Positions 48,501-62,200 of a stretch of 64,000 nucleotides of DNA are shown one piece after another (positions within the stretch are counted from its first letter, which is position 1; each line of letters begins with the position of its first letter). The stretch is from Phoronis australis (lineage: Eukaryota > Animalia > Phoronida): positions 118,251 through 182,250 of the forward strand of contig NMRA01000443.1 in the NCBI GenBank assembly GCA_002633005.1, given 5' to 3'. The notes beneath the pieces were generated by a model. The model was not told the origin of the DNA and made no database searches. It saw nothing but the letters and a program-made list of their open reading frames with translations. The position numbers and the translations under genes were made by a program.

Positions 48501-51500
48501 TATCCAGGAATGTCCTGACATAGTAGACAAATTGGCCCATTTGACTATTACACAACAGAACACTACGTTCATTTGTTAGATTGCCAATAGCTTAAGTGCA
48601 TAATTACTGCTTCTAAGTGACTTCAGGTTTAAAGGAGAAGGTAATCTTTTTTCATGTCATTTTTTATAAAAATACAGTTCGTTGATTATCCCAGACATTT
48701 GTTTCAGCTCTATGGCTTCCCGTAATTTTGTTAGTTAGTTGTGTCCTACTCCGGAAGTGGCGTTTAGGGGGTTAAAAATTTCCCGCCATTTTGTTTACTG
48801 TGAGAATTTGTTCTACTGTTGTTTTCATGCTGGTTTCCTAACTTTGTTGTCACCACTTCCCATCGACGAGTATTCTGTGACAAGCTAGGTTGTTAGAGCA
48901 CTCAGTTACGTTGGATTTAGGGATCATTTAGTTTGTAGTAGCGTGAAAATATATGGAGTCGGCGACCCATATCACAGACACAATGACGTGGTGACAAGGA
49001 ATTTTTTCATGAACAGTCAGTGGGTGGATTTTGAGCCCGAGTTTAGTGAGGCAAAATGCTCACAGACAGCTGTTGAGAGGTATGAGGTAGAGACTGTGGA
49101 CAGACGTGGTGGGACATCTTGGTCTAAATGACAGTGTGCGCTGTTGTGCCGACCTCAGTGGAATACCTATGCTCATGCTGTTCCCACTGGATGGTGACTT
49201 GAGCACCCAAACTGCTTACATCCCGCCATGTAACTCCCTGGTCATACACCTGTCACCCTCTCAAATAGCTCCAATACTGTAGTCAAGTCCACACTAAACT
49301 TATCAAAGTTTGGCTCACCAGCCTGTTTACTAGACGACAAACTCTTTTCCTCACTGGGTGTCGAAATGGGCTTGTATTCATTCCCACTACTCGACATCTC
49401 AGCAGGGCTGCTTACAGGCTGTGGGCTGGAGATGACACTGGCACAGAGTGAATCACTGCTAGTTCCCGGAATTGCATGCTCTGGGGTACGTTTGGAGGTA
49501 CGGTGACATGAGATGAAGGGGTTTCACTCACTATAGGGGCCACAGCTAGCGAGGCTTCTCGCTTCAAAAATACACCCCTCGGGGTTGGCGACGGGGCACT
49601 GCTGGGAATCAACAGCGTTGTTTTACGGGAACCTTCATCAATTCCGCGTGCATATTTCTTTCGTAAACCGACGGCAGAAAATGCTTGACACATACTCAGT
49701 AATTATCCACTTATTTGTACGTTGCGTGGATGGGTAACGCTGTGTTCTTCACACGAACATGTCAAGTATGGCGGAGTGTGTCATCTTTCGGAAAGCGAGC
49801 AGCAACTGTGCGGTGCGTTGACTGACTCGTAAACAAACGCCAACGGCGACTGAACTTATCACAACCGAGATAAAATAAGGACTGACTCAACAGCTCCCAC
49901 AGTCAGACTATATGAAAACAAATTGCCAGGAAATTCTTAATCCCCTAAACATCACTTCCAGAGTAGGGCGCAACTAATTAATGAAATTATGAGAAGCTGT
50001 AATTAACTGAAAAATACGTCTGGGATAACCAATGAACCGTATTTTTACTTAAAATGACATGAAAACAGGTTGCGTTCTCCTTTAAGACTAAATAATTTTT
50101 TACTGAAAATCATGAAAGAAGGTGTAAATTGCTTATCACCCACAATAATTAGTTTGTTATTTTTGCACCTCATACCAGAAGATACGGACTTAAATTTGAC
50201 ACCTGTGTTCCCTAAAACTGGCTTGAGTAACAACTTGAATGATTCATTTTGCTTGCCTACCAGGACAGTGGAGTTGAACTGAACACTTCGGACGCTGAAT
50301 TGTGTCATGTTTCAAGTGACGAGGTAGAGCGCGATAGCACCACGTATGACGATAGAGCCGGAACTCTACAGCATCCAAAGAGGGGCATGTTGTCTACTTA
50401 CCTGTTTGAGGTAATAAACATTTTGCTAAACTTTTAATTCTAATCTGTCCATTTAGTTCTCAGTACTGTACCATTCTTTTAAAATGGATACCCAAAATAC
50501 AAAGATGAATTTTTAATACTGGAGGCCTTGTGGCTGCCAGTGGTGTAACTTGTCCACACTTGAAAACAAGAGAAGATTTCCATTACCTGTATGAGATGAT
50601 GAACTTATTTGATTTCTATTGTAATTAATTTCAGGAGAAAAGAAACGTCCACTATTTTTTTGATGATGAGTCTGGAACATGGCTCAAGTTGCCTATTGCT
50701 TGGGAGTTGCATTCAGACAAAGTTGATCTTATTATTCAACAAATCTGCGTAAGTAACCCTTCTTGTTACCACGCTCATACTTCACTATAATTGTGCATCT
50801 AATTTGAAAGGAATATTTCATAGACTCATTTGTTATAAATGGTATTATCTGTTTTAATTGGTAAAACAATCAATGTGCGGTGTGAGGACAAGAGAATAAC
50901 TTGTTATTGTATTTGTCGTTGTTGGCGGTAATTATATGATGGGATCAAATAGAAAGATTTAATTTAGTGCTTGCTGAAAGTCACCTTGCCTGACATCTAG
51001 CACTTAGCTAACACTAAGCTTGGTTACTTGATAAATTCATTAGATGTCTGTCACATTGTTAGTAAGGTTATAAAGCCTAGTGTGGAATCTGAATAATATT
51101 GACCAAGCTTGAACAAGACTGGGTGTGCTTTAGCAGGACAATTCATGCCAGGAGTGTTTTAGTGTAGCCAGGCTGTCACTATACATTTCTACGCAATACA
51201 AGCTTACTCACAGTTATAAGCTGTTTTTTGCTCTCTTAAATAACTTTTACCAGACTGGTAGTCTGTCTATGCTCACAGATGTTGTCTTTGATTCAATACT
51301 GAAGCCCAATAATCTTGGCTGGAGACAAATTGGTCATACCTGTAGATTGGTTCGCTCAGTTGTATATGGTAATTTCTCTTGATTACGTCCACTCTAACTT
51401 TACGACCACCAAACATTTTTCACCATTTTCAATGTCCTGTATAGAAAGTACAACCAGTGAAGATTGTCACTCCGAGCCCTTTCTACAAATACGAATGAGT

Positions 51501-53183
51501 TTGCGTCCAGGATTGCGTTTCTTCCCTCACGAACGGTCACACTAAAACGTAATGCTAATGTGGAATTTGTTTCTTTGTTGAAATGCTTTTGTTGGCGATC
51601 TCAATGACGTGCAACGTTTGTGTTATCGGTCAATGTCATTGTGCGCTATCTCGCTGAGGTTGAGATTTATCTGCCATGTCGCACAAATATTTTACGTTAG
51701 CTAATGCCTTTGCAGTTTTGCTGATTGAGAAAGCGACATCCGAGACAAAGACTTATTTGACTGGCACTGACAACATGATGCAAAACAAAAATGCTAACCT
51801 CTCTGTACATCAGTGTATGAACTGAACGTGTCCCCTTGACCAGTAATCCGTCTGCTACTGTAACCGGAAAATCTGTGCATTCAAGTTTTGCCGTAGTTCA
51901 TTTTTGTAACAATGTGGTAACACATTTTCTATCTGTGGCAAAGCGATTAAAGTTGTTCACAAAAGTGCACGTGCCCCCCCCCCCCGAGATGCTGTGTTAA
52001 AGATCAACCGGGTGCATAGTTGCTACCTGTCTATCAAGTCGATGTAACTAATCCCGTTCGATTTAACTTGCTGTCACTGTGACTACCACCCTGCCTTCTT
52101 TCAAAATGGGAATCATTGACTATTTGCAGCCTAGTAGGTCTAATCAAAATTATAAACCCCTGATACGGCGTTTACAGTTTTGTTTGTTACACGATTCGAA
52201 AGAACAAGACACATGCGTGGTCGAACACTTTTTAATGGGAGCTGTGATGCCAAAGTTGCAAGCTGACCCAGTGCATGGGAGACCATCCGCTGGGCATGAG
52301 TGTCGCACTGACCTGCACGCGTTTGTTTGCTGACATACGAGCGCCTTATTCAGCGATTGCGCGTACGCCCCATTCAAATACGTGAGCCGGACACAGAGTG
52401 GAGGCGATGCTGGATACTTGTTGACTGGGAACGACTCAAATGTCATTGGATACCCAAAATAAGGACTGAAAGCAGTGCTTTACCACTCGCGCTTAGTACA
52501 CAATTTGAAACTTTTGATTTGACCGATCATCCAGTTTGATAAAATATGCGTTCAAACAACTCTTCATCCGTCTGTGCCTATAATTGGAAGGAAATTTATT
52601 TTTGTGTATTTTGTAAGTTGTACTGTTACAGTAAAGCATACTCCAATTTTCTTGACCGCATCAGGCGAAGTATTCAGATAGTTATGTTTGTGCTATCAGC
52701 TTTTGTAGTGCAAAATTATTTGTTATTTTGTACTAACAGCACCTGGCTTTTAAGTGTAGAATATATTACATGTTGAGAAGGCTTGAAGTTTGAATTATAA
52801 CAGATGTGAAGTTTAACTGAGGATTATTTCAGTGTGAGCGAGTTAGTTACAATAATTGCACTTACTAGAAGAATCAATCAGAGGAACATGTATTAGTTTT
52901 TGCCCTCTTGTCAAAAATATCACATCTGTTTTCACAAGCGTACAGGACCATACATCCATTTCTTCATTGTTGAGCCAACCTGACATAAATAGCAACCTCT
53001 GTAACTGAAGTCATGAAATTTTTCGAATGCTAGGCATTATATTGCATAAATTCATTAAATATCCATTCCTATTGTCTCCATTTTTTATCATATGTTCTTT
53101 TTTTAAATCTGTTTCGCTGGACCATTGTAACTTTATATTATTTTGTAACCATCGTTTATGTTTTGATAGTCACTAAAACTAAA

Positions 53184-53214
<31 letters not shown>

Positions 53215-56200
53215 TTACCTGTGGCCTCAAGAAAGGAACTGAAATCAATGTCACAGCTACGATCTACCATTCTGAAGTAAAAAATCACACATCAACAGAG
53301 TTTGTTGTTAGGGTTATAACTACCAGCTGGCAAAAGGGGTTTCATTACCAACCAGATCCACAGGAAGTTAATTGACAAGGAACACAGCAACCATGTACCA
53401 AGACTACAAGTTTGATGCAGTTCTGCACGGACATCAAATATCAGTTGTATTGGACACCCGGAATCGCTGATGAACTTGAATGGATTTTCACTGCTCATCT
53501 CATGAAGTGTAAGTCTGCATTTTCCAAACACAACACGTACATAATACTATTAAATGAAAGCTGTTGAATCAAGTAACGGACGCTGTCTCGTTGCGTCGTC
53601 TTTGCAAGTACAATATCAATTTTGTTAGTAAGGGATAACGAATGTTTTTCTATTACTCTGTCCTACTTGTGTCGTTCAGTTTTCAGTGGAGTTGTATCCC
53701 AAAGCTAGTACTTTTCAAGGGTACTCAACCGTTAATCATTCAGGGTTACCATTTTCGTGACATTTTGTGGTTTATGCTGGTTCTGTTTCCAACGACCACA
53801 AACTGCAACGTAATAACATTTTTTATGTACTGTAGAGCCAAAAACTTGTGCGACACTAAAAAGGGAACAAAGTAGATATGTTGGCCACATCTCAAGGGTG
53901 CCATCTCACACCCTGAGAAATTTGCTTGAACACAATTGGGACTGTTAAGTGTGTGACCAGCATAATTTTGCAAGATTGAATTTTACGTTAATCTCTGATA
54001 AATTAGTAGTCAGATCTAGATAAATTTTGGGTCGCTTTATCATTTCAAGCTCTTGATTTACATAACTTGTGTGTGGTTGCACTGCATATAGCTTTAATTC
54101 TTCCAGGACATAGTGAGGCAGGAGGGGTGCAGTTACATTCAGGATGGTGTCGAGGAGCTCATGAAAAGCTGGGACGCTGGTGGTTTAAGGCCCACCACCA
54201 TACAAAGTGTGGGTGACCTGGTTTCATCGGCATGGGGCAAAATGGATGAAGATATGGTTAGGTGGTCATTTGCAGTATGCAAACTTTTGGCATGTTCGAG
54301 TGCCAGCTAGATCCTTCAGCTACTAGTCATCCGATAGCATGTTTGATGGCTTGACCAATTATGCAGATGATCCGTTCATTGGATTATAGAGTGTTATCAT
54401 CATGGGATACTGGTTTTACTGGGTCCAAAATTGATGTAGACGGATGGAATTAGCATTAATGTAATGTAAGGCGACCCACTAATTCCATATTCATCTCAAT
54501 ATTGGATTGAGTAAAGTATGTAGATGTTTCATGAACTTTCGAAGCCATTAGGGTTACCTTGCATCTTTCTGCAAAGCGTGCAATAAAGACTTGTTCTATC
54601 CAGGGAGTTTGTAGTTTTCTTTTCCTGAAGAGCAGACATAAAACAACAGGTATCCACTTGTAAGTGTGGTCCACCACAGTTGCTGAAGTATTAAGAATTC
54701 TGCATTTTGAACGCCTCCGTTACACAATCAAGAAATACCTGCGTATGTGTGGAACTGTGCAGCTCATATGAGAAATTTAGGCACATGCGTGAATATGCGA
54801 AGCACTTGGGTACAAAATAGCTGCGCCAAAAATTCATTATTTCGCATATAGGCTCATGGGCCTTTAAGGCACGGCAATATGGTAAATTGCTAGCAAGCAG
54901 AGTGAGGTTCCGGAAGGAGATATGTTTCGCATGATTTCTTTAGCCAGTGGACCTTTTAAGAACAGACCCTGTGCATACCTGAAGGGAGGTCGTGAATGTG
55001 ATTGGGCACATGCTGTATACCTACTTGTGCATACCTCTTGCATTTTGTCAGAGTCTTTTAACAAACACGCAATTACATGTTTCAGTGCCAATCTGTCTGT
55101 AAAAAAGATCCAAGAGTAGTCCTACTTGTACAGTGAACTGGTGGACAACGCACCTAATATGTTGTAGATTCAGACGATTTAATCTCTGTGTAACATCATT
55201 CGTCGCGTTGGTTTATTCACTAACAAATGCTCCAAGGCATTATAAGTATTGGCAGTGGTCATGGTGGTGCGATAAAAAGTCGACGTTTCTAATAAAAGAC
55301 GCAGAGGTTGAAATTAAAATGAATACCGTTAGTACTGTTGTAAAATTTGCATTTCAGCCCTGTATTTTTGCAGCCTTCTCCTGCGAAAGTCACTTACTAA
55401 TTATTCAAAAGCGTGTGTCTTAAAGATCGTGCGTCGTCCACTTCTGAGTGTCGCGGAGCGTCGTGAATGGCATGTCTTTAACCGTTTGCGGGTTCACTGA
55501 ATGATTCACTGTTCATCTGTACTCAGTAGTACTAAGTCTTCAGGCAACAGTTCCTGATCTGTATTTTTAACTGAATGGCCACTAGCCAAATTTGGGTAAG
55601 AGCACATCACCGAGGAGTTAATAATTTCACGATTAAGCGTCATCGGCTTTAACTTTCATGTGTCTCGGTAAATATACGCTTGACTCCGTTTCTTAGATTA
55701 ACCAAGCTCTGATTTGTTGTCGCCAGCATGTGTCTTGATGGTATTTTTTCTTTTCTTGAAATACGAACCCTAAGCGCGGCGTACCCTGACCAACATTCTT
55801 CAATATACATACACCACAAGATCGCAAACACTGGTATTTCTAAGTTGCGGCCGGTTCTAGGTTATAATTGTTTTTTCGTGGTCGTAATCTAGCGAGATTA
55901 CCGAATATTATTATGTTTGTATCAATCCAGTTAGTCCGTTTGCCTGTCTATGTTTAAGTGCCTGTTCTCTTGTCTGTCTGTTCTCATGTCTGTCTGTTCT
56001 CATGTCTGTCTGTTCTCATGTCTGTCTGTTCTCATGTCTGTCTGTTCTCATGTCTGTCTGTCCACTCTTTCTTTTCACCATTGTTACACAGTATTTTTAG
56101 TTGCCAAAAATGAAGACTATCATTAATTTTGTTAATTTCATAACTTTGATATAACTATTGCATCATCTCTTCAGCTTCACATGAAAGAATTCAATAGCAT

Positions 56201-59200
56201 GTATACTCTTATGGGTAAATTTCATCTAATGGTTTATCCACTCTCTGTCGTTAGCTGATCATCCAATTTACAATAATTTATTCAACCCGTTATGAGTCCA
56301 GGTGTACATTTTTAGGATGCTTTGCCTGTATGGGAAGACAAACATGACATGTTGTCAGCGCTGCGTGCCTGTAACTATGACCAGTATGACTGTATAGACA
56401 ACTACTTGACTGTTGGGGATCAAAGTAAGTTCTTTTGTATAGGTCACAACCTGACTGTTGGGGATCAAAGTAAGTTCTTTTGTATAGGTCACAACCTGGC
56501 TGTTGGGGATCAAAGTAAGACAGTTCTTTTGTATAAGCCACAACCTGACTGTTGGGGATCATAGAAAGTTTGGTTATAAACATTCTGAGGCATCATCTTG
56601 GTTGAATAAAATGTTGACAGTATCATCTTTAGTGGATACCTTGACCTTGTGATATTATGTTTTGTGGGTAACCTGGCTTTACAACAATTGGGATAGTATT
56701 CAGTCTTAATGTTAACTAGTATGATTTTTCGTCACGTGGTGTTTGCTCAAGCAGTTGTTTTCACATCGACAGTATTGTAATAGACATGTTTGGATTTCAT
56801 GTTTGTGGGGGCATCCCTCTAAACATTTTATGAAAGCATTGGGGTTGTGAGTGTTTTTGTTCTCTACCATTGTGGTGTTTGGAGAAAATGAAATGTAAGT
56901 AATTCAAGTGAATGTAATAAAAGTTGCTTGTAATCATTCCTACTACAATTGAAATTTATGTTCTGGCGATAGTGTTCGTTTAGGAACGGAATTTTGGTGA
57001 GAGTCACTGTTGAGTCAGTGTTGTACACTTACAAGTTGTCTTTATTACAGAACCCCTGGCTTGTCCGAGAAACATCTCTGATGCCAAACAACTGAAAACT
57101 AAAGACAACAAAATAAAAGAACTGGAAAATCAAGTTAACAGATTGGTAAGATATATTGGGTTTTTCTTACAGTTTATTGTCAAAACATTTTGTAATTTTT
57201 TAACAGTAGAGCCACCTTGTCAAAAATGATGTGTTGTGACTTAGTGTTGGAGATGTAGCTTTGAAAAACACATGTTATCACAGTTTAACTTTAAATCGTT
57301 CTTAATGTTCAAAAATCCTTTTCTTTCCAGAACAAACTATATGAACATGTTGCAACTCAGTTGAGTATTGCTCATGTTGACAATTCACAGCTACAAGAGG
57401 AGGTAAATTATAAGTTTCTTATTTTAGAGTTTTATGACATCAGTGTTTCGCATAAGTCAATTTCAAATTTACCCAAGAAATATTCATTATTTGTATTATG
57501 ATTTTGTAAACAGCTAGCTCTCATGCAAATAAGCCTTTAGTTAATAAATCAATAAATATTCTTAATGTCCAACGTGACTTGCCAAGTTTTGTAAACTATA
57601 TTTGGTGCTATGTTATTTCTTATAGATTTACGTGTTGCAAGGCCGATTGTCGGAGCAGGAAGCATCCAGCCGTCAAACTAGAATACGAGAAGATTCCCTC
57701 AGAGCAGAACTGGTCAGGCTGAAGGTACTGTCCTGTGTTCACTGAACTTACAGCAACGCTGTGAACTCCGTGAGAAGCCATACAACTTGACTAGTTGCCA
57801 TGCAACTTGACTAGTTGCCATGCAACTTGACTAGTTGCCATGCAACTTGACTAGTTGCCATGCAACTTGACTAGTTGCCATGCAACTTGACTAGTTGTCA
57901 TGCAACTTGACTAGTTGCCATGCAACTTGACTAGTTGCCATGCAACTTGATCTAATGTGTTGGCAGTAAGTAGTGATTACCATTATACTGGGGATCTGGC
58001 AAAGTATTGCGTAGCGTGTAGCAATCGATTAGATGAAGTTGACTCAGTAGTTAACAATGGCACAGATTTTCACCCAAGCAGAAGAATGGGCTGGGTTTAA
58101 CAGTTATGAGTTACAAAAGGGTTTTTCATGTAACAAAAGTTAATAGTAAAAATAACTACTAGTAGATTATTCCTTGTTGAATACTTGAAACATTGCTCTG
58201 GATAACAATGTAAACTAGCGGCTTTAAATTAGAGTAGAAAAGCCCCAGCGTGGTTTTTAGCTGTAGCTTTGAAATTTTGGAAAATTTGTGCCCTCGAGGT
58301 TGTTGTAATGTGTCATCTTTGTCCTGACTTGTAGTTAATGTATCGAATATGATCAATAGTGCACTCTGGTGTATTTCTTGTTGCTGTCTTTTAAAGAGGC
58401 ATGTAACGTGAAAAAGAGAATAAATTGTATTATTCAGAATGTTTCTCTGCTACTAAAACATAATTCAATCTGCTCACTGGGTATTTTTACGGTTTCTTCT
58501 TAAAGATTTTGAATTTCTGTTGATGTCAAAGCATTTTTCTTTTAGTTTCAAATTTCAAAAAACAATCTGTCATCTGCTCGTGACTTAGTGGATTTTTCTC
58601 CCACAAGTTAAAGGACTTCTCCTTATTTGGTATGGCAGACATAGACATAGAACATATCCCTTTTATGGAAAATGTGACCTTTGACCTTTGATATAAACAA
58701 AACAAATGTGACTTAAGCAGCAGCCAGTCTGTTTTAGTCTGAACTGTTTGAAATTAGTCACAAATAAAGCATTTAAACATGTTCTAAAGTTATTTTTATA
58801 AAATTACTTGCTTCAAAGGCTTACCGCATTGTTGACTTCAGATTCGGAGTGCAATCACACATGATAATCTGATGTTAATATCAATCTTATCAGTCAGCTG
58901 TTTGTCGAATGACTGAGTGCATGCGCGCATTCCTCGTAAGTGGGAAGGAGATCAGAAGCTCTGTGGTGACTGCAGAGATTTTCTTTTCGGGTATTTCAAA
59001 AACTTGTGAATTCTGCAAAGGTGTTCAAATATTGCTTTGTTATTTGCTTATTAAACAGTAGTCTGATGAATTCAGTTCAAACCCGTCTAAACCTATGACT
59101 GGATTTTCAGCCCGAGTTTGCAAAGGTAGCTGATGTTAGCAACCTTCACCAGGTGGTGCTGCATGTGCTGCAGAAACAAGAGGAAAAACTGAGATTACTC

Positions 59201-62200
59201 GAGAGAAGGGTTCAAGAGGAGAAAATACTGAGAGAGGAGGCAGAGGAGAAGGTGATTTTATTCTATCAGATGAAGGTGCTGTAAATAAATGCACTCAGGA
59301 GAATTTCATTGGTGGCTATACACCCCACAGCAGCTGTTTGTAAAACATGAGCAGACCACTGAGCCGGGCTCTTTGCACCAGACACCTGTGCCAGGAACTA
59401 GAGACCTGACTCAAGGGATTAGCAATGGGGTTTAGTGAGATTCGAACCTACAACCTGGTGAACAGGAGGCAGACACTCAATCCTCTAGGTCACACTGCCT
59501 CCTACAGTTGTTTGTAACTCCCAGTAGAATTTGTTTACTGTGTCGTCACATGAATCATTAGGTCTGGTAACCTCTCGTCTGAGAAAGGAACCAGTTGAGG
59601 CCAGTTGTATAGCAGTGGTTAAAATTAGAAGTTTGCTTCTTGGACTGAATGCAAGTTTATTGCAGCTTTAAGTGAAGGTCCAGAAAACTTAGTGTTGAGG
59701 TGTTTCATGTATGTTGATGAAGAAAAGGGAAACACTTGTTGAAATACTGGAAACAGTAATGTACTAAAACTTATTCAAATGTGCATCATAGACAAGAATG
59801 AACTTTATTGCATCTTCTTTTTTGGATTCGAACAATCTTAAGAGATGTGTGCTGCTTTCATGTGGACATTGTCGGACACATTGGTGATAATGGTTAACCA
59901 TATTTTGTACTTACAAATGATGCAGGCCTTGAATTTTCAGATGAGGGAGAATGTGCTGTATAGAGAGCCTCAAAAAACTGAAGACCATCAGGTGCAAATG
60001 TCTTCCATCCAAGAAGGGTTGATGAATGAACAGAGAAAGGTGCATAAGCTTGAGCAAGACAAGGTGAATAATTGAATCATGTGGTCACTGCAGGTGTAGT
60101 GTCAATGTTACTGTGCCACTGGTATAGTGTCAGTGTTACTGTGCCACTGGTATAGTGTTAGTGTTATTGTGTCACTGGTGTAGTGTCAATGATACTGTGC
60201 CACTGGTGTAGTGTCAATGTTACTGTGTCAGTGGTGTAGTGTCAGTGCTACTGTGCAACTGGTGTAGTGTCAATGTTACTGTGTCAGTGGTGTAGTGTCA
60301 GTGCTACTGTGCCACTGGTGTAGTGTCAATGTTACTGTGTCAGTGGTGTAGTGTCAGTGCTACTGTGCAACTGGTGTAGTGTCAATGTTACTGTGCCACT
60401 GGTGTAGTGTCAATGTTACTGTGCCACTGGTGTAGTGCCAATGTTACTGTGCCACTTTTGATAGTTCTGTTCTCAGATTGGCTAAAACACTATTAAAGAC
60501 ACTTTCTTTTTGAATAAAGATTTGTCCATATTTGTATAATACTGTGGATGTTCATTGTTAAATTATTGCTCTTCATCTCATGAAATTGTCATCATCTTTT
60601 CTTTTAAGACTTTAATGTGCAGCACCCCAAAAAGCTATTTTTCTGTTAAGTCATAGGTCTCAATGACTTCATGACTTTGCTGTGGACTGGACAACCACCA
60701 CACTTATCTATAAAGTTCGCCCATAAACTATTCCTTGCATACTTGAGAGGCATTTAGTAGATTGAAATAAGAATGCGTTTGAGCTTTTAAGTGGTCGGAC
60801 TCATTTCATTGTTTGACAACTCAGTAAAGAGGCAGGGCTATTTTTGCTCCTACACAATCTTTATCTCAGATTTCAAGTTGTGATATGAGTCATGCGGATT
60901 ATTCCATGTGCAGTTGATGCTTGAACAACAACTTCAACAAGAACGTGAGTCTTCGAAATTAAAGCAAGCCGATGTGGGGAAACTGAAAGTTGTCTGCGCA
61001 GTTGCAAAGGAGTTGCAAAAATCCAACATCAAGTTGAAGCTGTCTGTCCAGTCAAATTTCAACAGCATTGCACAGCTTTGTTCACAGGTATGATTTGTTT
61101 TTAACTCTGCCTTGTAAAGAGTAGTGACTGGCGAGCCAATTATGTCCAGCTAGAACAAGAAACTATTTAATAGACTTACAGTATTGTATGTGATAAGTAA
61201 GGGTTTTGGTGCTTCTGTTATTATTATTGTTATTAGTATCATATCTGTTGTTATTATTAGTATCATATGTGCTATTGTTGTCAGTTTCACATCTGTTATT
61301 GTTGTTAGTATCACATCTGTTATTGTTATTAGTATCACATCTGTTACTGTTATTAGTATCATATCTGTCATTGTTTCTAGCATCATATATGTTATTGTTT
61401 AACTTATTAGTATCATATCCACCTGGTTTTATAATCACTTGTTAAGTGAATTTATTTCACTAGAATCAGTGCTATGAAACTTTTTTCACAGGCTCTTGAA
61501 GCATCGAGCAAGATTGATACCGTACGAGATTCTGCTGCAAAGGAGGAAGTTGAACAGTTACGAGCACTTTATAGAAAAGAAGCCCTTCAGAGGAAACTTT
61601 TATTTAATCAGGTATTTGCACTTTACTGTTATGTTAAGTGAAACGTTCACACTTTGAATTGTTGGTTGTTATTGCAACTGACTTATTGCATCCTCCTGCT
61701 TTAGTTTGTTTCAAGGTTATTTTGTAAAGTTGTGTACATGTTTTCTCTGACTGTGACTGGGTTTATTTTGTCCTTAAACATCTTTACAAGCATATGTATT
61801 TATGACATGGAATGCTGCCCTGTGAATTTATTAACTTTTAAGTCTTTGGTCACGATTTAAGGATAAATGGCAAAACAAACACAAAGATGTTCATTTTCAA
61901 CATTATCACAAAATTGTTATCAGGGACAATGTCAGAGAGAACAACACAAATCCACAACATGTACAATGCAATCATTGGATGTCAAAATGCAAGCACTTGT
62001 TAGTGTGTCATTCTCTATTGTTACCCATGGAATTTTGTGGCATGCTCTCTGTTACTGTCGAAACGATTGTTATAACACAGACTTCAAAGTAAATTTGGGT
62101 AGACATGTTACATTGTTTTGTGTTAATTATTCTTGATGAAGTTAAAGCTTCAACAAAGCAAAAACATTTTGTTCTGTTATTCATTTGTGTTGCGTTTATG

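Noticed and set aside
54840-54870. Possible additional Kolobok end (ATGGGCCT|TTAA)
   Set aside because: No matching partner terminus was found in the window.
57779-60456. Short regular repeats as a CRISPR array
   Set aside because: Units are directly adjacent with no unique spacers, there are no cas genes, and the context is eukaryotic introns.
61150-61445. Asn-rich, Leu-rich and Ile-rich ORFs in four frames (also Met/Thr-rich ORF 34609-34884)
   Set aside because: These are translations of minisatellite or microsatellite DNA.
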